46,089 bases of DNA from Nemertoderma westbladi (lineage: Eukaryota > Animalia > Xenacoelomorpha). A program made the position numbers and the translations under genes. The notes below the pieces were generated by a model, which saw only the letters and a program-made list of their open reading frames with translations, was not told the DNA's origin and made no database searches. The DNA is taken from NCBI GenBank assembly GCA_032718475.1, contig JAUCBJ010006884.1, positions 1 to 46,089 of the forward strand, given 5' to 3'. Positions 1 through 16,153 of the stretch are shown here, piece by piece (the stretch's first letter is position 1; every line of letters begins with the position of its first letter).

Positions 1-3000
1 ACGATTAATATCCCTGCTGAGTATAATTCCTGTGAACAAATAAACGATTAATATCCCTGCTGAGTATAATTCCTGTGAACAAATAAACGATTAATATCCC
101 TGTTGAGTATAATTCCTGTGAACAAATAAACGATTAATATCCCTGCTGAGTATAATTCCTGTGAACAAATAAACGATTAATATCCCTGCTGAGTATAATT
201 CCTGTGAACAAATAAACGATTAATTTCCCTGCTGAGTATAATTCCTGTGAACAAATAAACGATTAATATCCCTGCTGAGTATAATTCCTGTGAACAAATA
301 AACGATTAATATCCCTGTTGAGTATAATTCCTGTGAACAAATAAACGATCAATATCCCTGCTGAGTATAATTCCTGTGAACAAATAAACGATTAATATCC
401 CTGCTGAGTATAATTCCTGTGAACAAATAAACGATTAATATCCCTGCTGAGTATAATTCCTGTGAACAAATAAACGATTAATATCCCTGCTGAGTATAAT
501 TCCTGTGAACAAATAAACGATTAATATCCCTGCTGAGTATAATTCCTGTGAACAAATAAACGATTAATATCCCTGCTGAGTATAATTCCTGTGAACAAAT
601 AAACGATTAATATCCCTGTTGAGTATAATTCCTGTGAACAAATAAACGATTAATATCCCTGCTGAGTATAATTCCTGTGAACAAATAAACGATTAATATC
701 CCTGCTGAGTATAATTCCTGTGAACAAATAAACGATTAATATCCCTGTTGAGTATAATTCCTGTGAACAAATAAACGATTAATATCCCTGCTGAGTATAA
801 TTCCTGTGAACAAATAAACGATTAATATCCCTGCTGAGTATAATTCCTGTGAACAAATAAACGATTAATATCCCTGTTGAGTATAATTCCTGTGAACAAA
901 TAAACGATTAATATCCCTGTTGAGTATAATTCCTGTGAACAAATAAACGATTAATATCCCTGTTGAGTATAATTCCTGTGAACAAATAAACGATTAATAT
1001 CCCTGCTGAGTATAATTTCTGTGAACAAATAAACGATTAATATCCCTGCTGAGTATAATTCCTGTGAACAAATAAACGATTAATATCCCTGCTGAGTATA
1101 ATTCCTGTGAACAAATAAACGATTAATATCCCTGTTGAGTATAATTCCTGTGAACAAATAAACGATTAATATCCCTGTTGAGTATAATTCCTGTGAACAA
1201 ATAAACGATTAATATCCCTGCTGAGTATAATTCCTGTGAACAAATAAACGATTAATATCCCTGCTGAGTATAATTCCTGTGAACAAATAAACGATTAATA
1301 TCCCTGCTGAGTATAATTCCTGTGAACAAATAAACGATTAATATCCCTGCTGAGTATAATTCCTGTGAACAAATAAACGATTAATATCCCTGCTGAGTAT
1401 AATTCCTGTGAACAAATAAACGATTAATATCCCTGCTGAGTATAATTCCTGTGAACAAATAAACGATTAATATCCCTGTTGAGTATAATTCCTGTGAACA
1501 AATAAACGATTAATATCCCTGCTGAGTATAATTCCTGTGAACAAATAAACGATTAATATCCCTGCTGAGTATAATTCCTGTGAACAAATAAACGATTAAT
1601 ATCCCTGTTGAGTATAATTCCTGTGAACAAATAAACGATTAATATCCCTGTTGAGTATAATTCCTGTGAACAAATAAACGATTAATATCCCTGTTGAGTA
1701 TAATTCCTGTGAACAAATAAACGATTAATATCCCTGCTGAGTATAATTTCTGTGAACAAATAAACGATTAATATCCCTGCTGAGTATAATTCCTGTGAAC
1801 AAATAAACGATTAATATCCCTGCTGAGTATAATTCCTGTGAACAAATAAACGATTAATATCCCTGTTGAGTATAATTCCTGTGAACAAATAAACGATTAA
1901 TATCCCTGTTGAGTATAATTCCTGTGAACAAATAAACGATTAATATCCCTGCTGAGTATAATTTCTGTGAACAAATAAACGATTAATATCCCTGCTGAGT
2001 ATAATTCCTGTGAACAAATAAACGATTAATATCCCTGCTGAGTATAATTTCTGTGAACAAATAAACGATTAATATCCCTGCTGAGTATAATTCCTGTGAA
2101 CAAATAAACGATTAATATCCCTGCTGAGTATAATTCCTGTGAACAAATAAACGATTAATATCCCTGCTGAGTATAATTTCTGTGAACAAATAAACGATTA
2201 ATATCCCTGCTGAGTATAATTCCTGTGAACAAATAAACGATTAATATCCCTGCTGAGTATAATTCCTGTGAACAAATAAACGATTAATATCCCTGCTGAG
2301 TATAATTTCTGTGAACAAATAAACGATTAATATCCCTGCTGAGTATAATTCCTGTGAACAAATAAACGATTAATATCCCTGCTGAGTATAATTTCTGTGA
2401 ACAAATAAACGATTAATATCCCTGCTGAGTATAATTCCTGTGAACAAATAAACGATTAATATCCCTGCTGAGTATAATTCCTGTGAACAAATAAACGATT
2501 AATATCCCTGTTGAGTATAATTCCTGTGAACAAATAAACGATTAATATCCCTGCTGAGTATAATTCCTGTGAACAAATAAACGATTAATATCCCTGTTGA
2601 GTATAATTCCTGTGAACAAATAAACGATTAATATCCCTGATGAGTATAATTCCTGTGAACAAATAAACGATTAATATCCCTGCTGAGTATAATTCCTGTG
2701 AACAAATAAACGATTAATATCCCTGTTGAGTATAATTCCTGTGAACAAATAAACGATTAATATCCCTGCTGAGTATAATTCCTGTGAACAAATAAACGAT
2801 TAATATCCCTGCTGAGTATAATTCCTGTGAACAAATAAACGATTAATATCCCTGCTGAGTATAATTCCTGTGAACAAATAAACGATTAATATCCCTGCTG
2901 AGTATAATTCCTGTGAACAAATAAACGATTAATATCCCTGTTGAGTATAATTCCTGTGAACAAATAAACGATTAATATCCCTGCTGAGTATAATTCCTGT

Positions 3001-6000
3001 GAACAAATAAACGATTAATATCCCTGCTGAGTATAATTCCTGTGAACAAATAAACGATTAATTTCCCTGCTGAGTATAATTCCTGTGAACAAATAAACGA
3101 TTAATATCCCTGCTGAGTATAATTCCTGTGAACAAATAAACGATTAATATCCCTGTTGAGTATAATTCCTGTGAACAAATAAACGATTAATATCCCTGCT
3201 GAGTATAATTCCTGTGAACAAATAAACGATTAATATCCCTGCTGAGTATAATTCCTGTGAACAAATAAACGATTAATATCCCTGCTGAGTATAATTCCTG
3301 TGAACAAATAAACGATTAATATCCCTGCTGAGTATAATTCCTGTGAACAAATAAACGATTAATATCCCTGCTGAGTATAATTCCTGTGAACAAATAAACG
3401 ATTAATATCCCTGCTGAGTATAATTCCTGTGAACAAATAAACGATTAATATCCCTGCTGAGTATAATTCCTGTGAACAAATAAACGATTAATATCCCTGC
3501 TGAGTATAATTCCTGTGAACAAATAAACGATTAATATCCCTGCTGAGTATAATTCCTGTGAACAAATAAACGATTAATATCCCTGTTGAGTATAATTCCT
3601 GTGAACAAATAAACGATTAATATCCCTGCTGAGTATAATTCCTGTGAACAAATAAACGATTAATATCCCTGCTGAGTATAATTCCTGTGAACAAATAAAC
3701 GATTAATATCCCTGCTGAGTATAATTCCTGTGAACAAATAAACGATTAATATCCCTGCTGAGTATAATTCCTGTGAACAAATAAACGATTAATATCCCTG
3801 CTGAGTATAATTCCTGTGAACAAATAAACGATTAATATCCCTGCTGAGTATAATTCCTGTGAACAAATAAACGATTAATATCCCTGCTGAGTATAATTCC
3901 TGTGAACAAATAAACGATTAATATCCCTGCTGAGTATAATTCCTGTGAACAAATAAACGATTAATATCCCTGCTGAGTATAATTCCTGTGAACAAATAAA
4001 CGATTAATATCCCTGCTGAGTATAATTCCTGTGAACAAATAAACGATTAATATCCCTGCTGAGTATAATTCCTGTGAACAAATAAACGATTAATATCCCT
4101 GCTGAGTATAATTCCTGTGAACAAATAAACGATTAATATCCCTGCTGAGTATAATTCCTGTGAACAAATAAACGATTAATATCCCTGCTGAGTATAATTC
4201 CTGTGAACAAATAAACGATTAATATCCCTGCTGAGTATAATTCCTGTGAACAAATAAACGATTAATATCCCTGCTGAGTATAATTCCTGTGAACAAATAA
4301 ACGATTAATATCCCTGCTGAGTATAATTCCTGTGAACAAATAAACGATTAATATCCCTGCTGAGTATAATTCCTGTGAACAAATAAACGATTAATATCCC
4401 TGCTGAGTATAATTCCTGTGAACAAATAAACGATTAATATCCCTGCTGAGTATAATTCCTGTGAACAAATAAACGATTAATATCCCTGCTGAGTATAATT
4501 CCTGTGAACAAATAAACGATTAATATCCCTGCTGAGTATAATTCCTGTGAACAAATAAACGATTAATATCCCTGCTGAGTATAATTCCTGTGAACAAATA
4601 AACGATTAATATCCCTGCTGAGTATAATTCCTGTGAACAAATAAACGATTAATATCCCTGTTGAGTATAATTCCTGTGAACAAATAAACGATTAATATCC
4701 CTGCTGAGTATAATTCCTGTGAACAAATAAACGATTAATATCCCTGCTGAGTATAATTCCTGTGAACAAATAAACGATTAATATCCCTGCTGAGTATAAT
4801 TCCTGTGAACAAATAAACGATTAATATCCCTGCTGAGTATAATTCCTGTGAACAAATAAACGATTAATATCCCTGCTGAGTATAATTCCTGTGAACAAAT
4901 AAACGATTAATATCCCTGCTGAGTATAATTCCTGTGAACAAATAAACGATTAATATCCCTGCTGAGTATAATTCCTGTGAACAAATAAACGATTAATATC
5001 CCTGCTGAGTATAATTCCTGTGAACAAATAAACGATTAATATCCCTGCTGAGTATAATTCCTGTGAACAAATAAACGATTAATATCCCTGCTGAGTATAA
5101 TTCCTGTGAACAAATAAACGATTAATATCCCTGCTGAGTATAATTCCTGTGAACAAATAAACGATTAATATCCCTGCTGAGTATAATTCCTGTGAACAAA
5201 TAAACGATTAATATCCCTGCTGAGTATAATTCCTGTGAACAAATAAACGATTAATATCCCTGCTGAGTATAATTCCTGTGAACAAATAAACGATTAATAT
5301 CCCTGCTGAGTATAATTCCTGTGAACAAATAAACGATTAATATCCCTGCTGAGTATAATTCCTGTGAACAAATAAACGATTAATATCCCTGCTGAGTATA
5401 ATTCCTGTGAACAAATAAACGATTAATATCCCTGCTGAGTATAATTCCTGTGAACAAATAAACGATTAATATCCCTGCTGAGTATAATTCCTGTGAACAA
5501 ATAAACGATTAATATCCCTGCTGAGTATAATTCCTGTGAACAAATAAACGATTAATATCCCTGCTGAGTATAATTCCTGTGAACAAATAAACGATTAATA
5601 TCCCTGCTGAGTATAATTCCTGTGAACAAATAAACGATTAATATCCCTGCTGAGTATAATTCCTGTGAACAAATAAACGATTAATATCCCTGCTGAGTAT
5701 AATTCCTGTGAACAAATAAACGATTAATATCCCTGCTGAGTATAATTCCTGTGAACAAATAAACGATTAATATCCCTGCTGAGTATAATTCCTGTGAACA
5801 AATAAACGATTAATATCCCTGCTGAGTATAATTCCTGTGAACAAATAAACGATTAATATCCCTGCTGAGTATAATTCCTGTGAACAAATAAACGATTAAT
5901 ATCCCTGTTGAGTATAATTCCTGTGAACAAATAAACGATTAATATCCCTGCTGAGTATAATTCCTGTGAACAAATAAACGATTAATATCCCTGCTGAGTA

Positions 6001-9000
6001 TAATTCCTGTGAACAAATAAACGATTAATATCCCTGCTGAGTATAATTCCTGTGAACAAATAAACGATTAATATCCCTGCTGAGTATAATTCCTGTGAAC
6101 AAATAAACGATTAATATCCCTGCTGAGTATAATTCCTGTGAACAAATAAACGATTAATATCCCTGCTGAGTATAATTCCTGTGAACAAATAAACGATTAA
6201 TATCCCTGCTGAGTATAATTCCTGTGAACAAATAAACGATTAATATCCCTGCTGAGTATAATTCCTGTGAACAAATAAACGATTAATATCCCTGCTGAGT
6301 ATAATTCCTGTGAACAAATAAACGATTAATATCCCTGCTGAGTATAATTCCTGTGAACAAATAAACGATTAATATCCCTGCTGAGTATAATTCCTGTGAA
6401 CAAATAAACGATTAATATCCCTGCTGAGTATAATTCCTGTGAACAAATAAACGATTAATATCCCTGCTGAGTATAATTCCTGTGAACAAATAAACGATTA
6501 ATATCCCTGCTGAGTATAATTCCTGTGAACAAATAAACGATTAATATCCCTGCTGAGTATAATTCCTGTGAACAAATAAACGATTAATATCCCTGCTGAG
6601 TATAATTCCTGTGAACAAATAAACGATTAATATCCCTGCTGAGTATAATTCCTGTGAACAAATAAACGATTAATATCCCTGCTGAGTATAATTCCTGTGA
6701 ACAAATAAACGATTAATATCCCTGCTGAGTATAATTCCTGTGAACAAATAAACGATTAATATCCCTGCTGAGTATAATTCCTGTGAACAAATAAACGATT
6801 AATATCCCTGCTGAGTATAATTCCTGTGAACAAATAAACGATTAATATCCCTGCTGAGTATAATTCCTGTGAACAAATAAACGATTAATATCCCTGCTGA
6901 GTATAATTCCTGTGAACAAATAAACGATTAATATCCCTGCTGAGTATAATTCCTGTGAACAAATAAACGATTAATATCCCTGCTGAGTATAATTCCTGTG
7001 AACAAATAAACGATTAATATCCCTGCTGAGTATAATTCCTGTGAACAAATAAACGATTAATATCCCTGCTGAGTATAATTCCTGTGAACAAATAAACGAT
7101 TAATATCCCTGCTGAGTATAATTCCTGTGAACAAATAAACGATTAATATCCCTGCTGAGTATAATTCCTGTGAACAAATAAACGATTAATATCCCTGCTG
7201 AGTATAATTCCTGTGAACAAATAAACGATTAATATCCCTGCTGAGTATAATTCCTGTGAACAAATAAACGATTAATATCCCTGCTGAGTATAATTCCTGT
7301 GAACAAATAAACGATTAATATCCCTGCTGAGTATAATTCCTGTGAACAAATAAACGATTAATATCCCTGCTGAGTATAATTCCTGTGAACAAATAAACGA
7401 TTAATATCCCTGCTGAGTATAATTCCTGTGAACAAATAAACGATTAATATCCCTGCTGAGTATAATTCCTGTGAACAAATAAACGATTAATATCCCTGCT
7501 GAGTATAATTCCTGTGAACAAATAAACGATTAATATCCCTGCTGAGTATAATTCCTGTGAACAAATAAACGATTAATATCCCTGCTGAGTATAATTCCTG
7601 TGAACAAATAAACGATTAATATCCCTGCTGAGTATAATTCCTGTGAACAAATAAACGATTAATATCCCTGCTGAGTATAATTTCTGTGAACAAATAAACG
7701 ATTAATATCCCTGCTGAGTATAATTCCTGTGAACAAATAAACGATTAATATCCCTGCTGAGTATAATTCCTGTGAACAAATAAACGATTAATATCCCTGC
7801 TGAGTATAATTCCTGTGAACAAATAAACGATTAATATCCCTGCTGAGTATAATTCCTGTGAACAAATAAACGATTAATATCCCTGCTGAGTATAATTTCT
7901 GTGAACAAATAAACGATTAATATCCCTGCTGAGTATAATTCCTGTGAACAAATAAACGATTAATATCCCTGCTGAGTATAATTCCTGTGAACAAATAAAC
8001 GATTAATATCCCTGCTGAGTATAATTCCTGTGAACAAATAAACGATTAATATCCCTGCTGAGTATAATTCCTGTGAACAAATAAACGATTAATATCCCTG
8101 CTGAGTATAATTTCTGTGAACAAATAAACGATTAATATCCCTGCTGAGTATAATTCCTGTGAACAAATAAACGATTAATATCCCTGCTGAGTATAATTCC
8201 TGTGAACAAATAAACGATTAATATCCCTGCTGAGTATAATTCCTGTGAACAAATAAACGATTAATATCCCTGCTGAGTATAATTCCTGTGAACAAATAAA
8301 CGATTAATATCCCTGCTGAGTATAATTCCTGTGAACAAATAAACGATTAATATCCCTGCTGAGTATAATTCCTGTGAACAAATAAACGATTAATATCCCT
8401 GCTGAGTATAATTCCTGTGAACAAATAAACGATTAATATCCCTGCTGAGTATAATTCCTGTGAACAAATAAACGATTAATATCCCTGCTGAGTATAATTT
8501 CTGTGAACAAATAAACGATTAATATCCCTGCTGAGTATAATTCCTGTGAACAAATAAACGATTAATATCCCTGTTGAGTATAATTCCTGTGAACAAATAA
8601 ACGATTAATATCCCTGCTGAGTATAATTCCTGTGAACAAATAAACGATTAATATCCCTGCTGAGTATAATTCCTGTGAACAAATAAACGATTAATATCCC
8701 TGCTGAGTATAATTCCTGTGAACAAATAAACGATTAATATCCCTGCTGAGTATAATTCCTGTGAACAAATAAACGATTAATATCCCTGCTGAGTATAATT
8801 CCTGTGAACAAATAAACGATTAATATCCCTGCTGAGTATAATTCCTGTGAACAAATAAACGATTAATATCCCTGCTGAGTATAATTCCTGTGAACAAATA
8901 AACGATTAATATCCCTGCTGAGTATAATTCCTGTGAACAAATAAACGATTAATATCCCTGCTGAGTATAATTCCTGTGAACAAATAAACGATTAATATCC

Positions 9001-12000
9001 CTGCTGAGTATAATTCCTGTGAACAAATAAACGATTAATATCCCTGCTGAGTATAATTCCTGTGAACAAATAAACGATTAATATCCCTGCTGAGTATAAT
9101 TCCTGTGAACAAATAAACGATTAATATCCCTGCTGAGTATAATTCCTGTGAACAAATAAACGATTAATATCCCTGTTGAGTATAATTTCTGTGAACAAAT
9201 AAACGATTAATATCCCTGCTGAGTATAATTCCTGTGAACAAATAAACGATTAATATCCCTGTTGAGTATAATTTCTGTGAACAAATAAACGATTAATATC
9301 CCTGCTGAGTATAATTCCTGTGAACAAATAAACGATTAATATCCCTGCTGAGTATAATTCCTGTGAACAAATAAACGATTAATATCCCTGCTGAGTATAA
9401 TTCCTGTGAACAAATAAACGATTAATATCCCTGCTGAGTATAATTCCTGTGAACAAATAAACGATTAATATCCCTGCTGAGTATAATTCCTGTGAACAAA
9501 TAAACGATTAATATCCCTGCTGAGTATAATTCCTGTGAACAAATAAACGATTAATATCCCTGCTGAGTATAATTCCTGTGAACAAATAAACGATTAATAT
9601 CCCTGCTGAGTATAATTCCTGTGAACAAATAAACGATTAATATCCCTGCTGAGTATAATTCCTGTGAACAAATAAACGATTAATATCCCTGCTGAGTATA
9701 ATTCCTGTGAACAAATAAACGATTAATATCCCTGCTGAGTATAATTCCTGTGAACAAATAAACGATTAATATCCCTGCTGAGTATAATTCCTGTGAACAA
9801 ATAAACGATTAATATCCCTGCTGAGTATAATTCCTGTGAACAAATAAACGATTAATATCCCTGCTGAGTATAATTCCTGTGAACAAATAAACGATTAATA
9901 TCCCTGCTGAGTATAATTCCTGTGAACAAATAAACGATTAATATCCCTGCTGAGTATAATTCCTGTGAACAAATAAACGATTAATATCCCTGCTGAGTAT
10001 AATTCCTGTGAACAAATAAACGATTAATATCCCTGCTGAGTATAATTCCTGTGAACAAATAAACGATTAATATCCCTGCTGAGTATAATTCCTGTGAACA
10101 AATAAACGATTAATATCCCTGTTGAGTATAATTTCTGTGAACAAATAAACGATTAATATCCCTGCTGAGTATAATTCCTGTGAACAAATAAACGATTAAT
10201 ATCCCTGTTGAGTATAATTTCTGTGAACAAATAAACGATTAATATCCCTGCTGAGTATAATTCCTGTGAACAAATAAACGATTAATATCCCTGCTGAGTA
10301 TAATTCCTGTGAACAAATAAACGATTAATATCCCTGTTGAGTATAATTTCTGTGAACAAATAAACGATTAATATCCCTGCTGAGTATAATTCCTGTGAAC
10401 AAATAAACGATTAATATCCCTGCTGAGTATAATTTCTGTGAACAAATAAACGATTAATATCCCTGCTGAGTATAATTCCTGTGAACAAATAAACGATTAA
10501 TATCCCTGCTGAGTATAATTCCTGTGAACAAATAAACGATTAATATCCCTGTTGAGTATAATTTCTGTGAACAAATAAACGATTAATATCCCTGCTGAGT
10601 ATAATTCCTGTGAACAAATAAACGATTAATATCCCTGCTGAGTATAATTTCTGTGAACAAATAAACGATTAATATCCCTGCTGAGTATAATTCCTGTGAA
10701 CAAATAAACGATTAATATCCCTGTTGAGTATAATTTCTGTGAACAAATAAACGATTAATATCCCTGCTGAGTATAATTCCTGTGAACAAATAAACGATTA
10801 ATATCCCTGCTGAGTATAATTTCTGTGAACAAATAAACGATTAATATCCCTGCTGAGTATAATTCCTGTGAACAAATAAACGATTAATATCCCTGCTGAG
10901 TATAATTCCTGTGAACAAATAAACGATTAATATCCCTGTTGAGTATAATTCCTGTGAACAAATAAACGATTAATATCCCTGCTGAGTATAATTCCTGTGA
11001 ACAAATAAACGATTAATATCCCTGCTGAGTATAATTTCTGTGAACAAATAAACGATTAATATCCCTGCTGAGTATAATTTCTGTGAACAAATAAACGATT
11101 AATATCCCTGCTGAGTATAATTTCTGTGAACAAATAAACGATTAATATCCCTGCTGAGTATAATTTCTGTGAACAAATAAACGATTAATATCCCTGCTGA
11201 GTATAATTTCTGTGAACAAATAAACGATTAATATCCCTGCTGAGTATAATTTCTGTGAACAAATAAACGATTAATATCCCTGCTGAGTATAATTTCTGTG
11301 AACAAATAAACGATTAATATCCCTGCTGAGTATAATTCCTGTGAACAAATAAACGATTAATATCCCTGCTGAGTATAATTCCTGTGAACAAATAAACGAT
11401 TAATATCCCTGTTGAGTATAATTCCTGTGAACAAATAAACGATTAATATCCCTGCTGAGTATAATTTCTGTGAACAAATAAACGATTAATATCCCTGCTG
11501 AGTATAATTCCTGTGAACAAATAAACGATTAATATCCCTGCTGAGTATAATTTCTGTGAACAAATAAACGATTAATATCTCTGCTGAGTATAATTTCTGT
11601 GAACAAATAAACGATTAATATCCCTGCTGAGTATAATTTCTGTGAACAAATAAACGATTAATATCCCTGCTGAGTATAATTTCTGTGAACAAATAAACGA
11701 TTAATATCCCTGCTGAGTATAATTCCTGTGAACAAATAAACGATTAATATCCCTGCTGAGTATAATTTCTGTGAACAAATAAACGATTAATATCCCTGCT
11801 GAGTATAATTTCTGTGAACAAATAAACGATTAATATCCCTGCTGAGTATAATTTCTGTGAACAAATAAACGATTAATATCCCTGCTGAGTATAATTTCTG
11901 TGAACAAATAAACGATTAATATCCCTGCTGAGTATAATTTCTGTGAACAAATAAACGATTAATATCCCTGCTGAGTATAATTCCTGTGAACAAATAAACG

Positions 12001-14752
12001 ATTAATATCCCTGCTGAGTATAATTCCTGTGAACAAATAAACGATTAATATCCCTGCTGAGTATAATTCCTGTGAACAAATAAACGATTAATATCCCTGC
12101 TGAGTATAATTTCTGTGAACAAATAAACGATTAATATCCCTGCTGAGTATAATTTCTGTGAACAAATAAACGATTAATATCCCTGCTGAGTATAATTTCT
12201 GTGAACAAATAAACGATTAATATCCCTGCTGAGTATAATTCCTGTGAACAAATAAACGATTAATATCCCTGCTGAGTATAATTCCTGTGAACAAATAAAC
12301 GATTAATATGCCTGCTGAGTATAATTCCTGTGAACAAATAAACGATTAATATCCCTGCTGAGTATAATTCCTGTGAACAAATAAACGATTAATATCCCTG
12401 CTGAGTATAATTCCTGTGAACAAATAAACGATTAATATCCCTGCTGAGTATAATTCCTGTGAACAAATAAACGATTAATATCCCTGCTGAGTATAATTCC
12501 TGTGAACAAATAAACGATTAATATTCCTGCTGAGTATAATTCCTGTGAACAAATAAACGATTAATATCCCTGCTGAGTATAATTCCTGTGAACAAATAAA
12601 CGATTAATATCCCTGCTGAGTATAATTCCTGTGAACAAATAAACGATTAATATCCCTGCTGAGTATAATTCCTGTGAACAAATAAACGATTAATATCCCT
12701 GCTGAGTATAATTCCTGTGAACAAATAAACGATTAATATCCCTGCTGAGTATAATTTCTGTGAACAAATAAACGATTAATATCCCTGCTGAGTATAATTC
12801 CTGTGAACAAATAAACGATTAATATCCCTGTTGAGTATAATTCCTGTGAACAAATAAACGATTAATATCCCTGCTGAGTATAATTCCTGTGAACAAATAA
12901 ACGATTAATATCCCTGCTGAGTATAATTCCTGTGAACAAATAAACGATTAATATCCCTGTTGAGTATAATTCCTGTGAACAAATAAACGATTAATATCCC
13001 TGTTGAGTATAATTCCTGTGAACAAATAAACGATTAATATCCCTGCTGAGTATAATTTCTGTGAACAAATAAACGATTAATATCCCTGCTGAGTATAATT
13101 TCTGTGAACAAATAAACGATTAATATCCCTGTTGAGTATAATTCCTGTGAACAAATAAACGATTAATATCCCTGCTGAGTATAATTTCTGTGAACAAATA
13201 AACGATTAATATCCCTGCTGAGTATAATTTCTGTGAACAAATAAACGATTAATATCCCTGCTGAGTATAATTTCAGTGAACAAATAAACGATTAATATCC
13301 CTGCTGAGTATAATTCCTGTGAACAAATAAACGATTAATATCCCTGCTGAGTATAATTTCTGTGAACAAATAAACGATTAATATCCCTGCTGAGTATAAT
13401 TTCTGTGAACAAATAAACGATTAATATCCCTGCTGAGTATAATTTCAGTGAACAAATAAACGATTAATATCCCTGCTGAGTATAATTCCTGTGAACAAAT
13501 AAACGATTAATATCCCTGCTGAGTATAATTTCAGTGAACAAATAAACGATTAATATCCCTGTTGAGTATAATTCCTGTGAACAAATAAACGATTAATATC
13601 CCTGCTGAGTATAATTTCTGTGAACAAATAAACGATTAATATCCCTGCTGAGTATAATTTCAGTGAACAAATAAACGATTAATATCCCTGCTGAGTATAA
13701 TTTCAGTGAACAAATAAACGATTAATATCCCTGCTGAGTATAATTTCTGTGAACAAATAAACGATCAATATCCCTGCTGAGTATAATTTCAGTGAACAAA
13801 TAAACGATTAATATCCCTGCTGAGTATAATTTCTGTGAACAAATAAACGATTAATATCCCTGCTGAGTATAATTTCAGTGAACAAATAAACGATTAATAT
13901 CCCTGCTGAGTATAATTTCTGTGAACAAATAAACGATTAATATCCCTGCTGAGTATAATTTCTGTGAACAAATAAACGATTAATATCCCTGCTGAGTATA
14001 ATTTCTGTGAACAAATAAACGATGAATATCCCTGCTGAGTATAATTCCTGTGAACAAATAAACGATTAATATCCCTGCTGAGTATAATTTCTGTGAACAA
14101 ATAAACGATTAATATCCCTGCTGAGTATAATTCCTGTGAACAAATAAACGATTAATATCCCTGCTGAGTATAATTTCTGTGAACAAATAAACGATTAATA
14201 TCCCTGCTGAGTATAATTTCTGTGAACAAATAAACGATTAATATCCCTGCTGAGTATAATTTCAGTGAACAAATAAACGATTAATATCCCTGCTGAGTAT
14301 AATTCCTGTGAACAAATAAACGATTAAAATCCCAGTTGAATATAATTCCTGTGAACAAATAAACGATTAATATCCCTGCTGAGTATAATTTCTGTGAACA
14401 AATAAACGATTAATATCCCTGCTGAGTATAATTCCTGTGAACAAATAAACGATTAATATCCCTGTTGAGTATAATTCCTGTGAACAAATAAACGATTAAT
14501 ATCCCTGCTGAGTATAATTTCTGTGAACAAATAAACGATTAATATCCCTGCTGAGTATAATTTCTGTGAACAAATAAACGATTAATATCCCTGCTGAGTA
14601 AAATTTCAGTGAACAAATAAACGATTAATATCCCTGCTGAGTATAATTCCTGTGAACAAATAAACGATTAATATCCCTGTTGAGTATAATTCCTGTGAAC
14701 AAATAAACGATTAATATCCCTGCTGAGTATAATTCCTGTGAACAAATAAACG
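1..14752. repeat. 43-bp tandem satellite, 343 units, open at the left window edge
   Basis: Unit ACGATTAATATCCCTGCTGAGTATAATTCCTGTGAACAAATAA. The register recurs at 1, 2581, 5161, 7741, 10321, 12901 (every 60 units) and the last ACG is at 14750 = 1+343x43. Only substitution variants are seen (GCT/GTT, TTCC/TTTC, TTTCAG). Confidence 0.99.
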
Positions 14753-14982
14753 TAGCTTCGTAGTAAATTTGAGATATCAGAAATAGCAAAAAAAATTAAC
14801 GTGTTCCGTTTTTTTTGTCACATAACGTGACAATCGGTAAATGATTAATTTAATAGCCTATAAATTGTCAAATATGGGCCAATATCCCGATGTGTTGACA
14901 CTTCCACTCATATTCTTCCATTTGAATCAGCTGAAACCAATTTTTGGTGACTTAGCAGTTCATATGAATATATTCCGTCAGT

Positions 14983-16153
14983 CCATGCCTTTCCCTTACG
15001 TATTCGAAGGTCCTCACCTGACTTCCGGATCCATGATCCCAGGTAACAGAAGTCACCCACAAGCTCAAGCATACCATCTTTTGAGCTTATGCTCATCCGA
15101 TCAGAGACTTGCTGAGGACTTTCAAAGTTAACTGTCAAAATTATGGTCTTTCTGGAGTTAATAAAAAGACCAACACTAGAAGCAGCATGTTCTAATGAGC
15201 CGAGGAGCCGTTGGGCTCCCTCTAGTGATTCTGAGAGTACTCCTAAGTCATCAGCAAAGTCTAGATCAGTTAGGTACTTGGCAGAATTTCCTCGACTTCT
15301 GGAGCCAGTAGGTGGAGTTATCATCACCCCATCATCATTATGATGATCTAAGGACATGCGTAGAACATAGTCAACAACAATTATGAACAAGAATGGTGCT
15401 AGCGTGCCTCCCTGGAGAACGCACCATAACACTTCAAATGGTTCTGTGTCACCGTCAACAGTAGACACAAATGTTGTCGAACCATCGTATACTGATCTGA
15501 TTGCTGCAATAATTTCATCAGGAATCCCATATAATGAAAGTATGCTGAACATACGTGAGCGAGAGACTGAATCAAAGGCCTTGAAGAAGTCAATAAAGAT
15601 AACAGCCAGATACCTGTCTTTCTTTTTTGATAACTCTTCCATTATCCTTCTAAGTGCCAAAATGGGCACCATGGTCCCACGACCTTTACGGAACCCATTC
15701 TGATTTCCACGGAGCAGTCTCTCAATGGGATCCCTTATGCGATTTAATAGAATTCTATTGCAATCGAGATCAATGAGATTCACCGAAAAAAAAACAATGA
15801 GTGTTAAGTTGCCCTTCTTGGGAACTGGCACCAACTTATTTGTTTTCATTTTTTGTGGGACTCTTGTTGTTCGGTACATGTCTACTATGATGGGATAGAT
15901 GAGCTTTAAACACTCAGGTATTTTAAAGACCTCATGGGGAACACCATCTACTCCACTTGCACGATTGGTCGAAATGCTCTTTGCAGCAGGCTTCACTTCT
16001 GCAAAGGAGATATCACCAATGGGAATATCTGGGAGTACAGACTCAGACACTTTTACTCCTATAAAGTTATCAGGCAATACCCTGTCATTATTGAGGAGCT
16101 TTTCAAAGTGGGCCTTCCAACCATTGAGGCGATCGGCTGGTGATTCAGCTTTA
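14983..16153 (-). mobile_element. RTE-clade non-LTR retrotransposon A, RT-encoding 3' part (decayed, 3'-truncated)
   Basis: The ORF 14908-16266 translation has RT motifs: RASGVDGVP, VPVPKKG, QNGFRKGRG, FIDFFKAFDSV, VLQGGTLAPFLF, LDFADD, FCYLGS, ending at RKGKAW. Homology stops near 14983 with no 3' tail. Confidence 0.9.

Noticed and set aside
1-14752. CRISPR array or coding ORF in the 43-bp repeat
   Set aside because: Units are contiguous with no unique spacers, there are no cas genes, and the context is eukaryotic. The 68-aa ORF results from a single stop-removing variant.
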